Origin: a virus
Lineage: Duplodnaviria > Caudoviricetes
Length of the DNA: 64,000 nt
Virus record (IMG/VR): IMGVR_UViG_3300029913_000001
Direction: 5' to 3' (one strand)
Below, in pieces: positions 48,152 through 57,989 of the stretch (the first letter of the stretch is position 1; each line of letters begins with the position of its first letter). The notes under the pieces are model-generated. The model was given only the letters and a program-made list of their open reading frames with translations. It had not been told where the DNA came from and made no database searches. A program made the translations under genes and the position numbers.

Positions 48152-48883
48152 TTAATCCTTCTGCGCGACTAACGTCATATTTTGCTCGACATATGTTCTA
48201 TCTTTGGTCAGTTGCTTCTTTTGCTTCGATAATTTATTATATTGATTCCATAATGCTGTTCTTTTTGGGATGTTTTTAAATTTCATGAACTCTGCCCATA
48301 TTCTTTTTTGTTCAGCTTCTAAAGATTTAAATTTTTTCTCATCGTATTCTACATCTGTATCATATAAATCAGTTTCACCAAATAAATCATGCTTGTCTAG
48401 ACTAATAGCCTCTTTCTTTTTATCATCCCATGCAAAAACTAAAATACCAGGAATCTTTGCTAATTTTTCCCAAATTGTTTTGCCACCTTTTGTCTGGGCA
48501 TCAGTTGACCACAATGTATAATTTTTATTTTTAATAAGATATGCATACACCGTTGTTGCTAAACCAATACCTAGGTAGGGAGTATCAACCGCGGTTTCTA
48601 CAATAGAATATGATTTTCTAAGTTTAATTAATTCAATAAATCCAGCAATTTTTTTATTAACGGTATCAAAAATTTGAATCATTTGAGTTGAATGAATATT
48701 AGAAATGCCTGGCTCTTCTCTAAAATATAAATCGAAACCCGATATATTTCCTAATTTAACTTTAATTTCATTTCCATTATCATCTTCATTAAAATCTGTA
48801 TAATCCCATCGATGCACTAAGGTAGTAAACATAGAGTGTTTTGCTGGCGGCGCGGATGCATATCTCAATTCATTTATTCTCAT
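48152..48883 (-). CDS. GNAT-fold-like protein; MRINEL leader
   Basis: AVDTPYLGIGLA...Y...DAQTKGG..IWEKL. Confidence 0.6.
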   Translation of the reverse strand: MRINELRYASAPPAKHSMFTTLVHRWDYTDFNEDDNGNEIKVKLGNISGFDLYFREEPGISNIHSTQMIQIFDTVNKKIAGFIELIKLRKSYSIVETAVDTPYLGIGLATTVYAYLIKNKNYTLWSTDAQTKGGKTIWEKLAKIPGILVFAWDDKKKEAISLDKHDLFGETDLYDTDVEYDEKKFKSLEAEQKRIWAEFMKFKNIPKRTALWNQYNKLSKQKKQLTKDRTYVEQNMTLVAQKD

Positions 48884-48885
48884 AA

Positions 48886-51171
48886 TTATGCCGTTTGCGA
48901 CGCAATCTGGGTCGTTGCCCGAGAAGTTCTTTCGTTGTGATTATTACCAATTTTAATTTGATCTAAAATATTTGACAATATTTCTGTTTGATCATTACCG
49001 GCTGTTTGTGTTTGATTATTGTCTATGCCAATTTCCTGGGGCTTCGCGCTATTTGATGGCGCTCCCGTGGTTTCAGGCATCATACTTCCAATAGTAGGAG
49101 CCGAAGCTGCTCCTGGCATAGAGGGCATAGCAGGCATGGATGGTTTTGAACCCGGATCCGAAACTCCGGGTAAAAACGAAGACATCTTTTTAGTAATCCA
49201 CCACATAGCTATTGCCAGTCCGGTCAATGCTGCTACTACCGCTATAACAGCAACTACAATTAACCAAAACGGTACGGTTGCTATCATTAATGCCGCAGCT
49301 ATTATACTAGAAGCAACAAAAATAATTCCGGCTATAACTAAAATGGCGGCAAAAATACCGATAATTACCGCAGACAAAATTTTAATTAAGGTTAAATGTT
49401 CAACAACCCAGCTAGCAATTCCCACAATAGCACTAATTACGGTAAACAGTATAGCGAAAAAAACCATTATTGTTACCTTAATTTGCGCCCCATTGGCCAT
49501 AACCCATGCAACAACTTCTCCCAGCGCGGCCGTTATATCCGCCAAAACATGTGTTATCGTATTTTTAAAACCTTCTGTTTGTAATGTTTTAACGATGTCA
49601 TCTATTAATGGAGCGATGACCTTCATTAATGGGTCTAACACTCGTTCAATAAAAACCGCCTCTAATTGCAAAAATTCCGCACTCCAGGAAGCCAATGATG
49701 ATCGCATTTTATCACCGGATTCTTGAGTATCTCTTATTTCCTTCATTTTTTGATCAAACAGAACTTTATTAAAAACTCCATTTTTAATATAAAGATCCTG
49801 GTGTGCGAGTAATTCTCCTTGAATTTTTGCGATCGACCCTGCACTTGCGTCATCTAGCCCAGATGAAACAGCATTTAAAATTTCCTGGAAGCCGGCGCCA
49901 GACTTGATTCCAGATTCCAACATATCTCCAATTCTATTATCAACGTCGGTAGGATCATATTTTCCATTTTTCATTTTATTAGAAATATCATCAAATGACT
50001 TACCGATTCCAGGCACGGTAGCCTGAAGTATTTGCATATCTTTAGTTAATGGCACGATTCCTAGCACATGCATTTTATAAAGTAATGCACTAGTCGGACC
50101 CATTGTAGCATTAACTTCGGCTAATGCCATATTTTGATTTGCCAATTCGGTTGTGCTCATCTGACTCATTTTCAATTTCCAGGCGGCATCTACTTCTAAT
50201 GCCTGTAATTGTTTTGCCTGCTCATCTCTAGACTGGCCTGTTAATTTTGCCATCGCATCAAATTCCGATGTTAATTGCATCGCGCTAGACGCTAATAACT
50301 GATCGCTAGCTCCGTGAGCTTTCATAGATGCGCCAAATAACGAAAGGATACCCGGCAATTCTCTTTGATAGTCGGCTAACGAAATGCCCATATCTGTTAA
50401 CTGGCCGACATATTCTTTCATAGTAATATTAGCGACGCCCGTAAAAACTCTTACGCCGTCCATAACGGTACCAAATTTTGCTAATCCTTGCGCATTGGCT
50501 GTAATAACGGAAGAATAATCTTGCAACGCCATTCCAGCGGATGCGGCACCCACTACCATAGATACCATACTATTATTAAAACTTGCGCCGACCATATTAA
50601 GAGCATACAGCGATTTATTCCAACTATCAATTAGTGTCATTCCGGTACTTAGAATGCTCGTAAGCGTACCTAAAATAGGAATATTCGCTGTGCCATTTGC
50701 AATAGCCGATAAAAAATCACTAAGCGAGGTTTTACCATTTATAAAAGTACCAACTAATAGGCCAGCGGTATTAACAATAGAATGGAAAGCGGAAGTTACA
50801 GTTTCAATTACAGCCATTCCGGCAAATGCTTCAGAAATTCCTGCAACCATCGGGCCAAGAGTATCTAATGCAGCGGTTGTTCCTTCAATTGAATTAACCT
50901 GGCTCTCCGCTGCCTTTTTAACCTTACTGTCATCTGCCTTATTAGTATGAATTCCTAATTTTTCTTTTATTTTATTAAAATATTCATCCATAGATTTAGC
51001 AGGGGGTGTTTTTTCTGAGGATGAGGTTGTACCGGATGGCTTATCATGTAATACATTATCAATAGATTCGAGCCGAGTTAAAATATTTAATAGCGTTTCT
51101 TCCGATGCGATATTCTCGATTTCCGAATCATTAAGAGAATTACCACTTGATTTAATGCGAACTTGCGCCAT
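48886..51171 (-). CDS. Tape measure protein
   Basis: 761 aa, Ala/Ser-rich helical with a hydrophobic C-terminal stretch; divergent from baseplate hub genes. Confidence 0.8.
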   Translation of the reverse strand: MAQVRIKSSGNSLNDSEIENIASEETLLNILTRLESIDNVLHDKPSGTTSSSEKTPPAKSMDEYFNKIKEKLGIHTNKADDSKVKKAAESQVNSIEGTTAALDTLGPMVAGISEAFAGMAVIETVTSAFHSIVNTAGLLVGTFINGKTSLSDFLSAIANGTANIPILGTLTSILSTGMTLIDSWNKSLYALNMVGASFNNSMVSMVVGAASAGMALQDYSSVITANAQGLAKFGTVMDGVRVFTGVANITMKEYVGQLTDMGISLADYQRELPGILSLFGASMKAHGASDQLLASSAMQLTSEFDAMAKLTGQSRDEQAKQLQALEVDAAWKLKMSQMSTTELANQNMALAEVNATMGPTSALLYKMHVLGIVPLTKDMQILQATVPGIGKSFDDISNKMKNGKYDPTDVDNRIGDMLESGIKSGAGFQEILNAVSSGLDDASAGSIAKIQGELLAHQDLYIKNGVFNKVLFDQKMKEIRDTQESGDKMRSSLASWSAEFLQLEAVFIERVLDPLMKVIAPLIDDIVKTLQTEGFKNTITHVLADITAALGEVVAWVMANGAQIKVTIMVFFAILFTVISAIVGIASWVVEHLTLIKILSAVIIGIFAAILVIAGIIFVASSIIAAALMIATVPFWLIVVAVIAVVAALTGLAIAMWWITKKMSSFLPGVSDPGSKPSMPAMPSMPGAASAPTIGSMMPETTGAPSNSAKPQEIGIDNNQTQTAGNDQTEILSNILDQIKIGNNHNERTSRATTQIASQTA

Positions 51172-51186
51172 TTTTTCCTCTATTTG

Positions 51187-51215
51187 TATTTATACAAAAC
51201 TTTTGAAGATAAATA
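51187..51215. promoter_or_regulatory. Divergent late promoters
   Basis: TATAAATA on the - strand (51187-51194) and GATAAATA on the + strand (51208-51215). Confidence 0.7.
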
Positions 51216-51230
51216 CAAGAGAGGAAACAT

Positions 51231-52187
51231 ATGGCTCAACAAATTAAAAATATTTCTGCAACTCCGCAAATTAATCCATTAGCAGCATTTTTTAGAAAAC
51301 ATAAACTATCATTACATCTGCCTAGTAAAGGTAAATGGTATCCCACGGGTAGTCTAACACTCGATGAGTCGGGAGGGCTTCCTATTTTTGCAATGACAGC
51401 CGAAGATGATATTAAATTTAAAACCGGTGATGTCGCATTGTCCGGCCGTTCAACATATGATCTAATTCGTAGCTGTGCTCCGGGAATAACACAACCCGAG
51501 CTAATACCCACAATAGATGTTGATGCAATTTTACTCGCTATAAGATTTGCAAGTTACGGAGATGATTTTGATATTGAAATTTCAGTACCGAAAACTACGT
51601 TAACTCGGAAGGTTAACGTTTCACTTTTATCATTACTTGATCAGTTACCACAACGAACAGCGACATGGGATGAAGAAATTACAATAGAGGACGAAACTGG
51701 GCAGTCATTAAATCTTGTACTCAACCCAGTGCAATTAAAATATTTGTTTAGTACTTCCAAAAATATTCAAAATCAGAAACGAATTTTGACTAAGAATTTT
51801 GATTCAGAAGAAAATGTTAAGGACGAAGCGGCATTTTCCAATAGCATTACTAACCTAACAGATACTGCCATTGATCTTATTTGCAGTTGTATCAATTCAG
51901 TGAAAATTATCGATGCGCAATCTAAGATACTTCTTGAAATAAATAATTCTTCGCCACAAGATAAAGCACAAATTTCGCAACTAATTAAAAATATGGATGT
52001 TGAATATTTTAATGCTATTAAAAACCATTTAGAAGAGCAAAGAAAGAAATATGCATTTGAAATTCCTATACAAAATAGTACTGCAAATGAATTACGGGCA
52101 GGTGCGCCAAAAGAATGGACCAGTGAATTAACTTTCCAAGGCAGCAATTTCTTTCCCGAGCAGCAAAAAGGCACCGTACTTAAATGA
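51231..52187 (+). CDS. gp26: Baseplate hub subunit (gp26-like)
   Basis: LPS.GKWY, MTA.D.I, D.DAILLAIR.ASYG motifs. Confidence 0.8.
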   Translation: MAQQIKNISATPQINPLAAFFRKHKLSLHLPSKGKWYPTGSLTLDESGGLPIFAMTAEDDIKFKTGDVALSGRSTYDLIRSCAPGITQPELIPTIDVDAILLAIRFASYGDDFDIEISVPKTTLTRKVNVSLLSLLDQLPQRTATWDEEITIEDETGQSLNLVLNPVQLKYLFSTSKNIQNQKRILTKNFDSEENVKDEAAFSNSITNLTDTAIDLICSCINSVKIIDAQSKILLEINNSSPQDKAQISQLIKNMDVEYFNAIKNHLEEQRKKYAFEIPIQNSTANELRAGAPKEWTSELTFQGSNFFPEQQKGTVLK

Positions 52188-53200
52188 GACCACCATTTAA
52201 TCAACCAAAACTTTATACCACCCTATTGAGCGAACCGCATGGTACAAACTATGCGGTTTATTCAATGGTTGCGTTAGATGAAATCACCCGTCGAACTCCC
52301 GACGCATTATTAACCGGGGAAGCAACAAAAAAAATAATTACCCATTGCTGCCCAGACATTATCGAACCCGATAATTTATTAAGTTGCGATATTCAGCATC
52401 TATTGGCGACTATACAAATTGCTTCAACCGGCCCTAAGATAGAATTCATTGTCGCGTGCCCTAAATGCGCTAATAAAGATACGTACGAAATTAATTTATC
52501 TTTAATGATAAACTCACTAACTGCAAAATTATGGAATGAATCATTCGAAATTCCATATGAAGACCAGAGTCTCAAAATTTTTATTCATCCGCATTCTTAC
52601 AAAGAATTTAACGAGTTTTCTAAAAATGATTTTCGTTTAAAAAAGCAAATTTATCAAATTACCCAATTAGAATCTATCGACGGGTATGAAGAAATGCTAT
52701 CTTCATTGAGCACAGCCCAAAAGAATAATGTTTTAACCTATCAGTTTAATACGCTCGAAAAAATTGTTATCGACAACAATATTGTCGTTAATGAAAAACA
52801 ATATTTAGAGGAATGGTTTACCCACATTGATAGACAACTTCAAAAAAAGATAACCGATTATATTGTTTCGGCTGAAAAGCAAGCATATTTACCTGATATG
52901 AATATATCATGTCCTGCCTGCGGTAACAACTATTATTTGCCTATTGATTTAGATTTCGGAACACAATTTCGTAATAAGTTAATCGTTATGACCGAAAATG
53001 AGATTATAAGTGAAATAGAGCACATGAGTAAAGACAATAAAAAATTGTCAGATGATCTGCTTAAAATAATCTGGTATATGAGAGGATCAATTTCATATTC
53101 AGAATCCGTCTATTTAACAATAGACGATAGAACAACAATAATGGAAATCATAAAAGAGAATATTGAAACCTCAAAAAAGTGTGGTTTTCCGGTTATCTAA
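52184..53200 (+). CDS. Second gp26-like hub protein with gp51-like C-terminus
   Basis: CPKC and CPAC zinc motifs; WYMRG.ISY C-terminal motif. Confidence 0.7.
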   Translation: MRPPFNQPKLYTTLLSEPHGTNYAVYSMVALDEITRRTPDALLTGEATKKIITHCCPDIIEPDNLLSCDIQHLLATIQIASTGPKIEFIVACPKCANKDTYEINLSLMINSLTAKLWNESFEIPYEDQSLKIFIHPHSYKEFNEFSKNDFRLKKQIYQITQLESIDGYEEMLSSLSTAQKNNVLTYQFNTLEKIVIDNNIVVNEKQYLEEWFTHIDRQLQKKITDYIVSAEKQAYLPDMNISCPACGNNYYLPIDLDFGTQFRNKLIVMTENEIISEIEHMSKDNKKLSDDLLKIIWYMRGSISYSESVYLTIDDRTTIMEIIKENIETSKKCGFPVI

Positions 53201-53205
53201 AAATA

Positions 53206-53239
53206 AAAAAGCTAGCATAATTAATTATGCTAGCTTTTT
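53206..53239. terminator. Bidirectional terminator (perfect palindrome)
   Basis: AAAAAGCTAGCATAATT|AATTATGCTAGCTTTTT between convergent genes. Confidence 0.85.
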
Positions 53240-53263
53240 AAATCTATTTAAACAAGTTCCATA

Positions 53264-53941
53264 TTACTCCGAAACGTTTTTTGGGGTATTTTTTGCCCCC
53301 TTACGTTTAGCGGGCAGAAATGCAGCGGCCTTTTCTTCCAATGATTTTGCTTCTTCAATGAGAAAATTAGCCGTTTCCATTAATTTCTGACTATTGGTAT
53401 GAAGCTCGGCAATGAGATCGGTATTATTAGTCTGAACCAGCGGGCTAACTATTGGTAAACCACTAGCAGCATCGGCGGAAATTTTTAAATCCGACGCCGA
53501 TTCGAGTTCATTCGGTTTCTTTTGTTCTGCCTTTTTATTAATGCCGCGGCCTGCATCAAACTGCTCAAGTTTTTGCGCCGCAGCTCCACCCTCTTCAATC
53601 TTACTCAACATATCATTTAACTCGCTAAGATAGATCTTATTCCGTGAATCGGGCTGAACGAATACCTGCTTAGTCGGACGCTTCTTAAGATGGCCCTCTG
53701 TATGCAACGTTGTGAGCAAATTTCTGCCGTCAGGTAAAACCATCTTAAAAGCCTCATCCATCAAATTTTTTGCAGCCTGGCCCGCTGCACTATTAAGAAC
53801 TCGAGTGAGATGCTGCAAATAAAGTGGCGGCATCTTATCGGGATATACTACAAGGCACATATGCTCCTCGCCTGGAATTTGATGTGTCATTATGATGATG
53901 TTTTTTGCATTATCTAATCCAACATGTTTTGTAAAACTCAT
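53264..53941 (-). CDS. Hypothetical protein
   Basis: AGGAG Shine-Dalgarno; own sigma70 promoter. Confidence 0.75.
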   Translation of the reverse strand: MSFTKHVGLDNAKNIIIMTHQIPGEEHMCLVVYPDKMPPLYLQHLTRVLNSAAGQAAKNLMDEAFKMVLPDGRNLLTTLHTEGHLKKRPTKQVFVQPDSRNKIYLSELNDMLSKIEEGGAAAQKLEQFDAGRGINKKAEQKKPNELESASDLKISADAASGLPIVSPLVQTNNTDLIAELHTNSQKLMETANFLIEEAKSLEEKAAAFLPAKRKGAKNTPKNVSE

Positions 53942-53987
53942 TTAAATCTCCTAATATTAGTTACTTCTTGTATTCATGAATATATTA

Positions 53988-54016
53988 ATTATATGCGGCT
54001 TGTATCGAAAAGTCAA
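53988..54016 (-). promoter_or_regulatory. Sigma70-type promoter
   Basis: TTGACT-17-TATAAT. Confidence 0.8.
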
Positions 54017-54116
54017 GATTTATTTTTGCATTATATCGAATCACGCTGATTTTAACAACGCCACACCCAGCATGATTATTTACACCGAATATCTTAAATA
54101 TTTTGCGAGCCACACA

Positions 54117-54149
54117 GAAAACCCCACCAATATTGGTGGGGTTTTGTTT
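54117..54149 (-). terminator. Terminator after the VWA gene
   Basis: AAAACCCCACCAAT|ATTGGTGGGGTTTT core. Confidence 0.8.
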
Positions 54150-54158
54150 GGAAAATTT

Positions 54159-55499
54159 TTACATATTCTTTAAGTCGATATATGCGTATTCACCAAAAGG
54201 TGGAACAATGTTGGGAGTAGAAATTATCCAGGTTACATCAGTGTAAAATTCATCTCCCCAGGTATTATTTGGATAGCCATCAGTGAAAACGATTAGCCTG
54301 GTTGGAACTATTCCTTCTTCCTTAAGATAATCAAAAATACTTTCGAAGGAAGTACCGCCACCACCCATAGGTTGATAGTTGCAAATATCTTCACCATTTT
54401 CGGAGGTAAAAGTTTGCGGATTTAATACCACGGTATCGAAGCAAAAAACTGTGATAGCATATTGAGGAAATTGTTGCATCATTCCATTAACTTCGGAAAG
54501 AAATTGTTGAGCTTCCTTCGAATTAATCGAACCGGACTGATCGATTGCAACAACAACGTTAAGCATTTTTTCAGTGGTAAGTCCGGGAAGAATAGCTTCC
54601 AAACCCCAACCCTTACGGCAAATTCGAGTAAAACTGTAATCAGCCGGAATCATACTATCAATCTGGCATTGCAGAAGTTCTCGCCAATCCATCTTCGGGG
54701 CCGTTAAATTCTGAATTAACCGATTGATACCGGCCGGAAGAGAACCGGCTGCGCAAAGTTTTGCCGCATTGACAATATTGTCGCGCATCTCAGCTTTGAT
54801 CTGATTACGCTCTTCATCGCTTAATTTAGCGGGACCGGATTTTGATGGTTTCCCATCCTGCCCGCCATCACCAGAACCGTCGCCCGTCTGGCTCGGATCT
54901 AAATGCTCATCCAACAACTTATCCAGCATTTCGTCTAGTGACATCTGACCAGATCCGCCACCCTGACCGCTGCCATTGTTTTTTTGCTGATTCTTTTGGA
55001 GGTCTTCGTATACGTCCTCACTCAGCCATCCACGATATTTAATATCGTGCAACCCGACATCCTGTTTAACTTTATGCGTGCGTCCGGTAACCGGGTCCTT
55101 TACTTCAACCTCTTCCGTTGGAAATTTTCCAACATTCGCTAGAATCAAATCGTCATTAACGACATAATCAGCGGCGCAATTATACAATTTCCTATTTCGA
55201 CCTTCATTTCGGCCTAAATGGTCAAAAACCAAATGACTGATTTCGTGAGCGAAAACAAACACGAGCTCATCGTTTGTTAAATTATCGACGAATCGATGGT
55301 TATAATACAAATATTTTCCATCTACCGCCATCGTGGGGCACCACTCGTCAGCAGGTTGCATTTGCAGCCGCATTGCCAACGACCCGAAAAACTTCTGCGT
55401 CCAAAGCATCCCTACGCGAGCTTGAATAATCTTCTCGTGTACACGATCTTCAACCTCTTTCGAGATTGGCTCTTTTGAAATGTTTGCCTTCTTATCCAT
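54159..55499 (-). CDS. Metallopeptidase-like (HExxH) plus VWA domain protein (DUF2201 type)
   Basis: AHEISH; MIDAS AIDQSGS; VFTDG; start refined to 55499. Confidence 0.88.
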   Translation of the reverse strand: MDKKANISKEPISKEVEDRVHEKIIQARVGMLWTQKFFGSLAMRLQMQPADEWCPTMAVDGKYLYYNHRFVDNLTNDELVFVFAHEISHLVFDHLGRNEGRNRKLYNCAADYVVNDDLILANVGKFPTEEVEVKDPVTGRTHKVKQDVGLHDIKYRGWLSEDVYEDLQKNQQKNNGSGQGGGSGQMSLDEMLDKLLDEHLDPSQTGDGSGDGGQDGKPSKSGPAKLSDEERNQIKAEMRDNIVNAAKLCAAGSLPAGINRLIQNLTAPKMDWRELLQCQIDSMIPADYSFTRICRKGWGLEAILPGLTTEKMLNVVVAIDQSGSINSKEAQQFLSEVNGMMQQFPQYAITVFCFDTVVLNPQTFTSENGEDICNYQPMGGGGTSFESIFDYLKEEGIVPTRLIVFTDGYPNNTWGDEFYTDVTWIISTPNIVPPFGEYAYIDLKNM

Positions 55500-55505
55500 G
55501 ATTAA

Positions 55506-55534
55506 AGTATATTGCCTTTCCACAAAAAAGTCAA
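55506..55534 (-). promoter_or_regulatory. Sigma70-type promoter, probably giving a leaderless mRNA
   Basis: TTGACT-17-TATACT, 6 nt before ATG 55499, no Shine-Dalgarno. Confidence 0.75.
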
Positions 55535-55696
55535 GAAAATTTAAGTCCTTTAAAATCAACAGACCATTAAAATACCGCCCCACGAGCGTTTATGCCATAC
55601 CCAGCCACGTTCAGACCCCTTAAGGGGCGTCGTGGGGCGTTATTTACAAAATTGCCCCTTTAAAATCAACAAGTTGCAAAGCAACTTTTATCGTTC

Positions 55697-55740
55697 AATC
55701 AACGAGCCAAGCAGGTTTAAACCTGCTTGGCTCGTTGATT
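55697..55740. repeat. 44-bp perfect palindrome (probable terminator)
   Basis: AATCAACGAGCCAAGCAGGTTT|AAACCTGCTTGGCTCGTTGATT. Confidence 0.9.
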
Positions 55741-55748
55741 ATACCATA

Positions 55749-56960
55749 TTACCGAGTGGTTTGCAGTGCATACTTCGCAAACTTCTCAATAAACTGCGGC
55801 CAGCTCTTAAGGTTTACAAACTGATACTTTGTACCCTTAAGGGAAACGCCAAAATTAAAATTGGAAAATTCCATACGAGCCGCCATCATTCCAATTTCCA
55901 ATTCCACCTGAGTGAGAATGAAGCCGTTAAAATTATCTAGCATCTTCATCCAAGTTTTCACATCGTTGTCGTTATTCCACTTCCGATCAGCAACCTTACG
56001 GTTCGAAACCGAAATGGATGTTCCTGTAGTAACACTATTATTCGTCCAAAATTCATTCATTTCGTACAGCATACCCACAATCAACTGATAGTGAGCAGAA
56101 ATCTCTCGAGTATTAATCGTGGTAACCTTGCCGTTAAGAATATCAGACGGCTTCGGCAATCCCTTACCAACCTTCAGGTATGCCATAAAATCGGTGGCAG
56201 TACCCGCGCCCACAGCAGACGTCATGAATTCACGAATTTCCGTATCACTCAGCTTCTCCTCGTCGGGCTCGGTGGTAATCAACTGGCTCGCAAATTCATA
56301 GCTGCGCGGAGTAGGAAACGACTTGTCGGCGCTAGTTGGATCAAATTCATAGAGCTTATGCCGAAAAGTCGAAAGGAAGGAAACGATATCCGGATGAATC
56401 TTGGCAGGAATAGCCCAATCAAGCCATGAATCAAAATCGGCCTTAATTTCAAAATGAAGGAACCGGTTTGACAACGGCGCCGGCATACGGAAGGTAACAC
56501 CGCGATCTGTTTCGCGATTGCCAGCGGCGAGGACGCAAACATTATCGGGCAACGTATATGTTCCAACCTTACGGTCAAGAACAAGTTGATATGCAGCGGC
56601 TTGCACCGACGGCGGAGCGCTGTTCATCTCGTCAAGGAAAAGAATGACGATTGGAAAACCGTCGCAAAATTCCTTGGTTGGTAATTGCTCGGGAGGAGCC
56701 CAGCACATTACATTACGGCCATTTTCATCCTTTGCAGGATACGGAATGCCCTTAATGTCAGTCGGATCCATCTGGCTCAACCGAATATCAATAACAACTC
56801 CGCCGAGTTCCTTGGCGAGCGCATTGATACCGCAGGACTTTCCGAGGCCAGGGCCACCCCAAACAAACGCGGGACGCTTAACCTTAAGGCACCGCTTGAG
56901 CCGGAGAACCAGATCAGTCATGGTAAGAGCATTAGATGTGTCAGTTCGATTTGAAACCAT
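55749..56960 (-). CDS. MoxR-like AAA+ ATPase
   Basis: Walker A GGPGLGKS, Walker B FLDEMN, AAGNR, PLSNRF. Confidence 0.92.
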   Translation of the reverse strand: MVSNRTDTSNALTMTDLVLRLKRCLKVKRPAFVWGGPGLGKSCGINALAKELGGVVIDIRLSQMDPTDIKGIPYPAKDENGRNVMCWAPPEQLPTKEFCDGFPIVILFLDEMNSAPPSVQAAAYQLVLDRKVGTYTLPDNVCVLAAGNRETDRGVTFRMPAPLSNRFLHFEIKADFDSWLDWAIPAKIHPDIVSFLSTFRHKLYEFDPTSADKSFPTPRSYEFASQLITTEPDEEKLSDTEIREFMTSAVGAGTATDFMAYLKVGKGLPKPSDILNGKVTTINTREISAHYQLIVGMLYEMNEFWTNNSVTTGTSISVSNRKVADRKWNNDNDVKTWMKMLDNFNGFILTQVELEIGMMAARMEFSNFNFGVSLKGTKYQFVNLKSWPQFIEKFAKYALQTTR

Positions 56961-56993
56961 TGTTTTTTAATCCCCTTCTTTTTGACTACTATT

Positions 56994-57022
56994 ATAGTAG
57001 CAAACTTGGGTTGATATGTCAA
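56994..57022 (-). promoter_or_regulatory. Sigma70-type extended -10 promoter
   Basis: TTGACA-17-(TGC)TACTAT. Confidence 0.75.
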
Positions 57023-57031
57023 CCGGTAATT

Positions 57032-57142
57032 TTAACGGTTTCGCGCAATTCTTTTCAGCGTACGACGAAACTTGATCTGGTGATACGCAATCGGACTCAT
57101 TAAAATGAGTGTAAACCCGAGCGGTAGCAAGTATTGAAGCAT
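57032..57142 (-). CDS. 36-aa membrane micropeptide, absent from the ORF track
   Basis: MLQYLLPLGFTLILMSPIAYHQIKFRRTLKRIARNR; TTGCAA-17-TATACT promoter and AAGGAG Shine-Dalgarno. Confidence 0.6.
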   Translation of the reverse strand: MLQYLLPLGFTLILMSPIAYHQIKFRRTLKRIARNR

Positions 57143-57151
57143 CTTTTGCGT

Positions 57152-57356
57152 TCTCCTTACCAACAAATATAGTATAACGCATTCAGATCAGGATTGCAAG
57201 CATTTTTAAGTCCTTTATTTTCAACAAATAGTGGTAAATCCTTTGTTTTCAGTGTCAAAAATAATTGTTATCTTCTTTGTTTTCAGCACCCGAAAAAATT
57301 TATTTCGGTTGCGTTCGACATCGAAGTACGTTATACTATATTTGTTGGTAAGGAGA
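57152..57356. promoter_or_regulatory. Divergent early promoter pair sharing an identical 28-bp -10/leader/SD block
   Basis: CGTTATACTATATTTGTTGGTAAGGAGA at 57329-57356 (+) and 57152-57179 (-); -35 boxes TTGCGT and TTGCAA, each with a 17-nt spacer. Confidence 0.85.
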
Positions 57357-57361
57357 GCATA

Positions 57362-57688
57362 ATGACTGATCTCACATCACTAGCCGCTATTCACGCAACC
57401 GCGCTGGTCGCTGCCAAAACCGCTGAAGCCGAATTCCGTTTAAAATACGGAGAACCAGCATATTGCGGATTTGCGTGGGTTCATGTATCAGAAAAAGGTA
57501 GTACCCGACTAGGCAAGGCACTCATTGCTCTTGGCTTTCGTAAAGCCTACGGCGGTGGGTTGAACCTATGGAATCCTGGTGGAAGCGGATCGCAAAGTAT
57601 GGACCTCAAAGAAGAGGGCGCGAACGCGTATGCGGCAGTTTTTCAGCAAGCCGGTATTAAGGCCTACGCAAGTTCCAGAGCCGATTAA
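57362..57688 (+). CDS. Early hypothetical protein
   Basis: CGFAWV motif; start refined by promoter and Shine-Dalgarno. Confidence 0.75.
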   Translation: MTDLTSLAAIHATALVAAKTAEAEFRLKYGEPAYCGFAWVHVSEKGSTRLGKALIALGFRKAYGGGLNLWNPGGSGSQSMDLKEEGANAYAAVFQQAGIKAYASSRAD

Positions 57689-57720
57689 CCTCAACACCGT
57701 TACTGTAAGGGAGTGATAAA

Positions 57721-57924
57721 ATGCAGATCGAAAAAGGACCGCTATTCGCTGGATCTCGGAGGTACGCTAAAAATATATACCGAATCGAAAACGGCCTTTG
57801 CACCGGATGTGGCTACAGGCCATGCCGCTGTAAACTATCAGCAGGACGAAGGCGCAGCAGAGCGCAATGGAAGTTGCTCACCCCTGTAGAAGCTTTCCGT
57901 GCGCTTTGTAAGAGGCTGTCTTAA
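57721..57924 (+). CDS. Small early hypothetical protein with a Cys cluster
   Basis: GGGAG Shine-Dalgarno; CTGC..PCRC. Confidence 0.55.
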   Translation: MQIEKGPLFAGSRRYAKNIYRIENGLCTGCGYRPCRCKLSAGRRRSRAQWKLLTPVEAFRALCKRLS

Positions 57925-57989
57925 TAATTTAATTGCTAGGCGAGATCCTATTTTCACGCCGGTATAACAAACATTTTCGGAGGAAAGCA

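Noticed and set aside
49019-49726. 235-aa hydrophobic + strand ORF
   Set aside because: Antisense shadow of the hydrophobic tape measure C-terminus.
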